From Spirochaetaceae bacterium (lineage in GTDB: Bacteria > Spirochaetota > Spirochaetia > Treponematales > Breznakiellaceae), in NCBI GenBank assembly GCA_031265535.1, contig JAISCO010000322.1:1-40389 (forward strand): a stretch of DNA of 40,389 nt, written 5' to 3'. The translations under genes were made by a program, and so were the position numbers. This document shows, in pieces, positions 8,604-15,873 of this stretch; position 1 is the stretch's first letter; each line of letters begins with the position of its first letter. The notes under the pieces are model-generated. The model worked only from the letters and a program-made list of their open reading frames with translations, had not been told where the DNA came from and did not search any database.

Positions 8604-11600
8604 CTATATCTTTCCTGTAAATCCTTTTGCCCAGCGAAGGATAAATTCCTCGCCGGGAACGGGAGCGGTTTCAAACAAAAAGAATTTTGTGTTTTTTAAC
8701 TGCCTGAGGGATAAATCCGTCCGCACATCATAGCTGCTGTTGCAGGTTTTTCGCGGCGTTTCCAGTTCGCCGCCCTGTATAGCCAGCACTTGTACCGCTT
8801 TAGGGTCATTATGGGATATCAAATGCTGGTCGTCCGCGCAAGCGCATAACACGAACCGGGGCGCTTGCGAGAAAGGACGGTTTCCGGCGGCCTCTATCGA
8901 CAACTTTATATCGCCCAAAAGGCTTTTACTGAGCTTCCAGAATACGTCTACCCTTAATGGACGGTCAAAGCGGCATGGTTTCGGGTCGGATACTATCTCT
9001 TTGCCGCCAAAATTGTAAATTGTGAAAAGGGATACATAATATGACGCTTCCGCGCGGGCGGTTTCCCTGTACAGTATCTCGCCGTTTTCCCGGTACGCCG
9101 CCAGCCCAATCCGGTGAATATCCTGCGCCGTGCCAATATCCTGCGCGGTCGGCCAGTGGTTTTGGGAAGCGCTGGTCCTGACCGAATAATAGAAACCGGT
9201 AACATTCGGAGGGATGACGCCGATTTTAAGGTGTAGTTCTATTGTGTATGCGGCTTCCCGCAAACCCGCGATAGCATCCTCGTGTAAGCTGGATGACGCC
9301 TTGTCAATCAAACAGGGTGAGTATGTATTGACCTCCTGACTGTTCTTGCTCGGCAGCCAGTTGCCGCCCGAATAGGCCAGAACCGTGATAGTATGGAAGT
9401 TGTTCGCGGGCAATTCAATGTCGCAGCTTCCGGCATCGGATTTCAATTCACGGACTTGCTTTCCGCCAACCAGTATACGCAGGTCAATTCCGCGCCGGTT
9501 TATATCCCATGAAACATTGTAGGTGTTTTCCTTAAGTTTTTTTACGGCAATTGCAAACGATTCGATTTTGAGCATCGGGGTAATAACAATATCTACCCCA
9601 CGACTGTGGGGTAGATTGGCATAATTGGCGCAGAGTTTATATGCATACGCAAGGCCGTACTGAACATTCGTATCCTCAAAGCTGCCGTGCGCCTCGCTGC
9701 TTAGCAGGGTTTCCTTCCCGCCCTGAGTCCGGCGGATAGTAACGCCCGCGCTGTTTTTCGGCGCGTTCCATGTAAGCCGAACAGTCATGTTCACCTGCTC
9801 GGCGCGCGCGTCGGTAACATCAGCAAGAAGGACATCGGTTTTTCCCGCGGCGGAAGAGAATACCCCGTACCTGACGGCAAAAACAGCATAGCTGTACCAC
9901 TGACCCGGCAAAATAGTTTTGTCGCGGTATGTGGTATCTTTGGTATTGTCAAGCAGAATTTCTCCGTCCATTTTGCTGACCGGTATTTCTTTACCCTGTT
10001 TCCTGACAAGCCGGCAGCTTACCCCCTGCTCCGGCGATGGCGTCCAGCCGATATTCGCGGCGCCGGCTAAACTGTCCATGCCGACTGAAAGGTTTTTGCA
10101 GCTTTCCGGCGGCGTTGATTGCAGAAAACTGACGGCGGGTTCAAAATCAACGCAATCCCGCAAAATCGCAACGCACTCGTCCGCCTTACCGGAGGATGAG
10201 AGTTTTCCGACATTCGCAAACCTTGTACGGGCCTGTGAAAGAGCGGTATTAATCTGCGCTTCAAAGACGGATACATTGAGCCCGGGGAAGCTGCCGGTAA
10301 TGACGGCAAGCGTTTCGGATGCTTTTTGGAACATTTTATCGGCAAGCAGCTTTCGCAGGTCGTTTACCGGCTTTTCATACCTCTTTTCTTCCGCGGAAAT
10401 ACGCGCCGCCAGTTCATCGGTCCTGCTCTTTTCTCCCGGATCGGCAGCCTGCGCCTGGTACAAGGAACTGCGCGCCAATTCAAAATCGCTCTTGCGAAGG
10501 GCCTGTTCCGCGGCGGCAAAGTATTTTGCAAACATTGCGGCGCTCGCGAACACAAACCCGCACTCAGGGCATCTATCCAGGGAAACAAGCGCCATCTTTT
10601 GGCACTTCCCGCACCGCTTATAGAGCGGTTTGCCGCAATTCGAACATTTATTTATGTTTTGCGCTTCCGCCGCGTCTGTAAATTCAATCGGGGCCTGACA
10701 GTGCGGGCATTTGACATGAAACATGGGCGTTACAGGAATATAAGGGTCATCCAGCAATTTGAGTTCATTGTTGTAAACCGCGACGGCTATTGTATTATCA
10801 CCGAATATATCAAATATTTGTTTGACGTATTTTTCAGCATATCTGGGATTTAACAGGTGTGACTTGTCAAATCCCTTCAGTGAATCAATAAGTTCCGCTA
10901 AATCCGTAGATTTATATTTTAGTAAAATCCCGTATGCGCTGCGTTTTTTTTCAGAGTCGAAGACATTGAATCTGCCATAAGTAGCCAGAGAACCGCACAA
11001 GTGCCTCCATTCATTCGCTTTGGGGTCGCCAAAATCCGCCGCGTATTTTTCACACAGGCTTTTTAACTCGGTGGTGGATTTATTACGATATTCATACACA
11101 TTTTCCGGCTCATCAGCCATGTATGCGAGAAAAGCATATAAATCCGTTACTTGTGATGTATCAGCAACATTCTTTTTATAATTACGCAGGTTTTCAAGAT
11201 CCTTGATGTGGTTTTTCCAATTCGTTGGAAGCAATGATTCTATTATTTTATAATAATTGAACTCTAACATCTCAAGTCCAAGCGCGGAAAAAACCTCTTC
11301 TATATGCGACTCGGATAACTTTGTTATTTGCTTATAGGTTCTTACCGTACCCTTTGTTATCCTGCTAGTCCCGCCTGCTTTTAAGGCCGCCGCTGTTTTT
11401 CTGAATTTTTTAATCTCCCTATCGGTATGAGCATTGGCCAGCCTTTCCAATTCATCAAAAAGCGGTTCTTTATTGGCGTCAAGCACAGAAGCAAGGCATT
11501 TCTTCTGCTCAGAAAATAAGACCTCCTCTTTATCACCCCTCGGCCCATTATTGAAAGATCCATCTAATTCCTTTTTTGCCTTTTCGATAGCGTCGAGAAT

Positions 11601-11669
11601 CTTCTGCGCCGCCTTTTCCGGCGGGTCAAAGGGCAAGTGTGTCAAATCAAAGAAATCATAGTCAGTCAT
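8604..11669 (-). CDS. shared N-terminal module (~316 aa) + double Zn-ribbon + TPR-like hairpin + helical region + Fn3/Ig-like beta domains
   Basis: 1021 aa. N-terminus MTDYDFFDLTHLPFDPPEKAAQK. 'KCPHCQ...CSNCG...CGKCQ...CPECG' gives four CxxC pairs. Fn3-like stretches include 'VRLTWNAPKNSAGVTIRR...YAYKLCA' and 'YNVSWDINRRG...ITVLAYSG'. Confidence 0.85.
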   Translation of the reverse strand: MTDYDFFDLTHLPFDPPEKAAQKILDAIEKAKKELDGSFNNGPRGDKEEVLFSEQKKCLASVLDANKEPLFDELERLANAHTDREIKKFRKTAAALKAGGTSRITKGTVRTYKQITKLSESHIEEVFSALGLEMLEFNYYKIIESLLPTNWKNHIKDLENLRNYKKNVADTSQVTDLYAFLAYMADEPENVYEYRNKSTTELKSLCEKYAADFGDPKANEWRHLCGSLATYGRFNVFDSEKKRSAYGILLKYKSTDLAELIDSLKGFDKSHLLNPRYAEKYVKQIFDIFGDNTIAVAVYNNELKLLDDPYIPVTPMFHVKCPHCQAPIEFTDAAEAQNINKCSNCGKPLYKRCGKCQKMALVSLDRCPECGFVFASAAMFAKYFAAAEQALRKSDFELARSSLYQAQAADPGEKSRTDELAARISAEEKRYEKPVNDLRKLLADKMFQKASETLAVITGSFPGLNVSVFEAQINTALSQARTRFANVGKLSSSGKADECVAILRDCVDFEPAVSFLQSTPPESCKNLSVGMDSLAGAANIGWTPSPEQGVSCRLVRKQGKEIPVSKMDGEILLDNTKDTTYRDKTILPGQWYSYAVFAVRYGVFSSAAGKTDVLLADVTDARAEQVNMTVRLTWNAPKNSAGVTIRRTQGGKETLLSSEAHGSFEDTNVQYGLAYAYKLCANYANLPHSRGVDIVITPMLKIESFAIAVKKLKENTYNVSWDINRRGIDLRILVGGKQVRELKSDAGSCDIELPANNFHTITVLAYSGGNWLPSKNSQEVNTYSPCLIDKASSSLHEDAIAGLREAAYTIELHLKIGVIPPNVTGFYYSVRTSASQNHWPTAQDIGTAQDIHRIGLAAYRENGEILYRETARAEASYYVSLFTIYNFGGKEIVSDPKPCRFDRPLRVDVFWKLSKSLLGDIKLSIEAAGNRPFSQAPRFVLCACADDQHLISHNDPKAVQVLAIQGGELETPRKTCNSSYDVRTDLSLRQLKNTKFFLFETAPVPGEEFILRWAKGFTGKI

Positions 11670-11713
11670 GATTTATCATCCTTTTAATTGTCGCGGATTT
11701 CGGGGCTGCCATC

Positions 11714-12829
11714 TCACTCCACGCCCCATATCCTGACGGTGTTATCCAATGACCCGGAGGCAATCCTGCGCCCATCGGGACTCCACGACACGGAAGCTAC
11801 AAAGCTGGTATGCCCCGTGAGCGCAAACAGTTCGCTCCCGCTCTCCGCGTCCCAGATCTTTATGGTTCTATCAGATGACCTGGAAGCTATCCTGCGCCCA
11901 TCGGGGCTCCATGCCACGGAAGAGTTTCCCTTATTGAGGGTTAGCAGTTCACGCCCATTCTCTGCGTCCCATATTTTGAAGGGGTCATTCTTATTATAAT
12001 ATGAACCGGAAGCTATTCTGCGCCCATCGGGGCTCCACGCCACGTAATCTACATAGCTGTTATGCCCCGTGAGTGTGCGCAGTTCACGCCAATTCTCCGC
12101 GTCCCATATCCTGACGGTGTTATCTCCTGAGCCGGAAGCTATCCTGCGCCCATCGGGGCTCCACCCCACGGAATATACCTTGTCGGTATGCCCCTTGAGG
12201 GTTAGCAGTTCACGCCAATTCTCCGCGTCCCATATTTTGATGGTGTTGTCCTCTGACCCGGAAGCTATCCTGCGCCCATCGGGACTCCACGCCACGGAAT
12301 CTACCTCCTTGAGTGTGCGCAGTTCACGCCCGCTTTCCGCATCCCATATCTTGACGGTCTTATCACGTGACTTGGAAGCTATCCTGCGCCCATCGGGGCT
12401 CCATGTCATGTAATATACAAAGCTGTGATGCCCCTTGAGTGTGCGTAGTTTACGCCCGCTCTCCGCGTCCCATATCTTGATGGGTTCTTTATACCTTGAC
12501 CCGGCGGAGGCAATCCTGCGCCTATCGGGAGTCCACGCCACGGAATCTACCTCCTTGGGGGTGCGCAGTTCACGCCCGCTCTCCGCGTCCCATATTTTGA
12601 TAGTCATATATGACTCGGAAGCTATCCTGCGCCCATCGGGGCTCCACACCACGTGATATACAAATCTGTTATGCCCCGTGAGTGTGCGCAGTTCACGCCC
12701 GCTCTCTGCATCCCATATCCTGACGGTGTTATCTCCTGAGCCGGAAGCTATCCTGCGCCCATCGGGGCTCCATGACATGGAACATACCTTGTCGGTATGC
12801 CCCTTGAGTACGCACAGTTCACGCCACCC
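11714..12829 (-). repeat. intragenic tandem array of ~126-bp WD40-coding repeats (9 units)
   Basis: The string 'gcgcccatcggggctccacgccacgga...cagttcacgcc(c/a)...tccgcgtcccatat' recurs with ~126-bp period. The same units recur in 14237-14866. Confidence 0.9.
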
Positions 12830-14140
12830 CTCCTTCCGCTTCCTGCTGGTTTCATCCTCCTCCCGCTTCCGCCTCTCTTTTGCGGAAATACGCGCCGCCA
12901 GTTCATCGGTTTTGCTCTTTTTGCCCGGATCGGCAGCCTGCGCATCGGACAAATAAAGGCGTGCCAATTCAAAATGCCCTTCGAGAAATGCCCGTTCTGC
13001 GGTAGCGAAGTATTTTTCAAACGCTACGGCGCTCTCCTCCCGCTTGGCTTCATCCTCCTCCCGCTTCCGTCTGGCATCCTCCTCCCGCTTCTGTCTGGGT
13101 TCCTCCTCGAAGATCGGCTCGGGTATACGAAGCTCCGGTTCCGGCATTGTGTGGCTCGGCTCCTTTTTTGCCGGGATATAAAACTCGTCTTTAAACCCTG
13201 CTTCCTTGTTATAGATAGCGAGCGAGACCTCATAATCCCCAAAGACGGCCGCGATTTCTTTTATACATCCCTCGGCAAATTTGGGTTCCAACAAATGGTG
13301 CATGGAAAAGGATTTCATGGTAGAGAACAACTCCGTCAGAGACGGAGTTTTATATTTCAGGTATGCTTCATAGGCTTGGCGGTGATCTTCCGAGTCGAAT
13401 ACATAAAGCTTGCCGTACGTAGCCAGTGAAGAGCAGAGATGTCCAAATTTATCGGTTCGAGCAGAGTACTTTACGGCAAAACCATCAAACAGGCTTTTCA
13501 GTGCGGATCTTGATTTACTTCTATACACCGCCGCGTTTTCCGGTTCGCCGGCCATGTATGCGGCAAGGTCATACAAATTTTTCACCTGCTTAAGGGCAGC
13601 CTCATTCACGTTTGATTTTTGGTCTTTAAAATTCTGAAAAGCCTCGAGAGGTTTCGCATACGCTTTATCCGCGTTGGTTGGAAACCTGGGATATTTTTTA
13701 ATCAGATCATCGGTGGAGCTTACTGTAAATCCGGCGGCACGGAAAACATCTTCCACATTTTTCTTTGATAATCCCCTCTCTTTTTGATGACCACGAATAG
13801 CCCTATCGGTAATTACATGGGAACCTGACTGTTTGAGCCGCGAAACGAACGCCCTTAGTTTCTCGATTTCTTTTTTTACTTTATCTTTTGCCAGTTCATC
13901 ATAAGCGGGAGTGAGTTTATCATCATTACTAATGATAGAGTCTTTTGATCCCTTTTTTATGATTTTGTCCAAAAAAGACTGTTTTCCCGTGATTTTATCG
14001 TACTCCCATTGCGGCATATCATTGGTAGGATGACCAATCTCTTTTTTTGCCTTTTCGATAGCGCCGGTAACCTTCTGCGCCGCCTTTTCCGGCGGGTCAA
14101 AAGGCAGGCGTGTCAAATCAAAGAAATCATAGTCAGTCAT
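11714..14140 (-). CDS. shared N-terminal module + charged linker + TPR-like hairpin + 9 WD40 repeats
   Basis: 808 aa. N-terminus MTDYDFFDLTRLPFDPPEKAAQK. Nine units of the form GHxxxVxxVxWSPDGRRIASGSxDxT(V/I)(R/K)IWDAE(S/N)GRELRTL(K/T). Confidence 0.9.
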   Translation of the reverse strand: MTDYDFFDLTRLPFDPPEKAAQKVTGAIEKAKKEIGHPTNDMPQWEYDKITGKQSFLDKIIKKGSKDSIISNDDKLTPAYDELAKDKVKKEIEKLRAFVSRLKQSGSHVITDRAIRGHQKERGLSKKNVEDVFRAAGFTVSSTDDLIKKYPRFPTNADKAYAKPLEAFQNFKDQKSNVNEAALKQVKNLYDLAAYMAGEPENAAVYRSKSRSALKSLFDGFAVKYSARTDKFGHLCSSLATYGKLYVFDSEDHRQAYEAYLKYKTPSLTELFSTMKSFSMHHLLEPKFAEGCIKEIAAVFGDYEVSLAIYNKEAGFKDEFYIPAKKEPSHTMPEPELRIPEPIFEEEPRQKREEDARRKREEDEAKREESAVAFEKYFATAERAFLEGHFELARLYLSDAQAADPGKKSKTDELAARISAKERRKREEDETSRKRKEGWRELCVLKGHTDKVCSMSWSPDGRRIASGSGDNTVRIWDAESGRELRTLTGHNRFVYHVVWSPDGRRIASESYMTIKIWDAESGRELRTPKEVDSVAWTPDRRRIASAGSRYKEPIKIWDAESGRKLRTLKGHHSFVYYMTWSPDGRRIASKSRDKTVKIWDAESGRELRTLKEVDSVAWSPDGRRIASGSEDNTIKIWDAENWRELLTLKGHTDKVYSVGWSPDGRRIASGSGDNTVRIWDAENWRELRTLTGHNSYVDYVAWSPDGRRIASGSYYNKNDPFKIWDAENGRELLTLNKGNSSVAWSPDGRRIASRSSDRTIKIWDAESGSELFALTGHTSFVASVSWSPDGRRIASGSLDNTVRIWGVE

Positions 14141-14236
14141 GAAATGTCCTCCATATCAATTATCCCAGGTTTTGGGGCTGTATTGGGAGACGTCTGTTTG
14201 AGGACATTAAGCATGGTGGTGTTCATGGTTGCCATT

Positions 14237-14866
14237 TTACTCCGCGCCCCATATCCTGACGGTTTTATCATTTGACCCGGAAGCTATCCTGCGCCCATCG
14301 GGGCTCCACGCCACGGACAGTACATCGTAGGTATGCCCCTTGAGCGTGTGCAGTTCACGCCCGCTCTCCGCGTCCCATATTTTGATGGTTTTATCCGATG
14401 ACCCGGAAGCTATCCTGCACCCGTCGGGGCTCCACGCCACGGAGTATATGTAGTCGGAATCCTTGAGCGTGTGTAGTTCACGCCCACTCTCCACATCCCA
14501 TATCCTGACGGTCATATCATTTGACCCGGAAGCTATCCTGCGCCCATCGGGGCTCCACGCCACGGACAGTACATCGTAGGTATGCCCCTTGAGCGTGTGC
14601 AGTTCACGCCCGCTCTCCGCGTCCCATATCCTGACGGTTTCATCCCGTGACCCGGAAGCTATCCTGTGCCCGTCGGGACTCCACGCCACGGATTCTACAA
14701 TGTGATGCCCCGTGAGCGTGTGCAGTTCACGCCCGTTCTCCGCATCCCATATCCTGACGGTGTCATCCCCTGCCCCTGAGGCAATCTTGAGCCCATCGGG
14801 GCTCCACGCCACGGAATATACATAGAAGAAATGCCCCTTGAGCGCACGCAGTTCACGCCAAAGCTC
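14237..14866 (-). repeat. intragenic tandem array of ~126-bp WD40-coding repeats (5 units)
   Basis: Same repeat family as 11714-12829. Units 3 and 5 are almost identical at the DNA level. Confidence 0.9.
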
Positions 14867-15844
14867 TTCCTTTTTCGCCGGGATATAAAGCTCACCTTGT
14901 AATCCCGCTTCCTTGTTATAGATATTTACCGATACCATATAATAGCAGCCAAAGATGGCCGATATTTTATTTATAAACGCTTCGGCCAATCCGGGGTCTA
15001 ACAAATCCTGCTTGTTGGAGGAAAAGGACTTCATCTGAGCGAATAACTGTGTCAGCAACGGATTTTTATATTTCAGGTATGCTTCATAGGCTTGGCGGTG
15101 ATCTTCTGTGTCGAATATATATGTCTTGCCGTAAGTAGCCAGAGAAGAGCATAGATGCCCTGCCGGATCATTGTCATGCTGCCCGGATAACTTACCGGCG
15201 AATCCGTCAAATAGGGCTTTTAGTTCGGGAGTTGTTTTCTTTTTATACTCCGCGGTTTTTTCCGGCTCACCGGCCATACACGCGGCAAAGGCATATAAAT
15301 CTTCCGCCGGCGTAAAGTCAGTCCATTTTTTATTCTCAGGTTTTCGCAAAGCCTCAAGTTCCTTATACGCTATATCCGCGTTTTTTGGAAACTTTGGGTA
15401 GTGCTTGTTGAACAGTTCATCTCTGGGGATTTCTGTAAATCCGGCATTACGAAAAACCTCTTTCACATGGCCTTCGGACAGCAATGTCCTTTTGCTATGG
15501 CGGCGAATCGTACCATCAGTAAACTTAGGGGAAGGCAGCAGCAAAACGACCTCCCTTAGTTTCTCGATTTCTTTTTTTACTTTATCTTCCGCCAGCTTGC
15601 TATAAGCGGGAGTGAGTTTATCATCATTACTAATGATAGAGTCTTTTGATCCCTTTTTTATAATGGTGTCCAAAAAAGACTGTTTTCCCGTGATTTCATC
15701 GCGTTCCAATTGCTGCGTGGCAGAGGAAAGAGCAGCAACAAGTTCTTTTTTTGACTTTTCGACAGCGCCGGTAACCTTCTGCGCCGCCTTTTCCGGCGGG
15801 TCAAAGGGCAAGTGTGTCAAATCAAAGAAATCATAGTCAGTCAT
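14237..15844 (-). CDS. shared N-terminal module + 5 WD40 repeats
   Basis: 535 aa. The N-terminal ~322 aa are almost identical to those of the next gene upstream (15874-17973). They are followed by five near-identical WD40 units. Confidence 0.9.
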   Translation of the reverse strand: MTDYDFFDLTHLPFDPPEKAAQKVTGAVEKSKKELVAALSSATQQLERDEITGKQSFLDTIIKKGSKDSIISNDDKLTPAYSKLAEDKVKKEIEKLREVVLLLPSPKFTDGTIRRHSKRTLLSEGHVKEVFRNAGFTEIPRDELFNKHYPKFPKNADIAYKELEALRKPENKKWTDFTPAEDLYAFAACMAGEPEKTAEYKKKTTPELKALFDGFAGKLSGQHDNDPAGHLCSSLATYGKTYIFDTEDHRQAYEAYLKYKNPLLTQLFAQMKSFSSNKQDLLDPGLAEAFINKISAIFGCYYMVSVNIYNKEAGLQGELYIPAKKEELWRELRALKGHFFYVYSVAWSPDGLKIASGAGDDTVRIWDAENGRELHTLTGHHIVESVAWSPDGHRIASGSRDETVRIWDAESGRELHTLKGHTYDVLSVAWSPDGRRIASGSNDMTVRIWDVESGRELHTLKDSDYIYSVAWSPDGCRIASGSSDKTIKIWDAESGRELHTLKGHTYDVLSVAWSPDGRRIASGSNDKTVRIWGAE

Positions 15845-15873
15845 GAAATGTCTCCCTATTAATTATCCCAAGT

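Noticed and set aside
11714-12829. A regular ~126-bp periodic repeat that could at first glance be taken for a CRISPR-like array.
   Set aside because: The repeats are contiguous with no unique spacers and are in frame. They encode canonical WD40 units (GH...WD) inside an 808-aa ORF.
14137-14235. A 32-codon mini-ORF (MATMNTTMLNVLKQTSPNTAPKPGIIDMEDIS) that bridges the 96-nt gap from the stop of 14237-15844 (TAAaATG) to the start of 11714-14140 (ATGA).
   Set aside because: The geometry is attractive for translational coupling, but the ORF is very short. It has no recognisable features and I cannot test its conservation. It may be coincidental.
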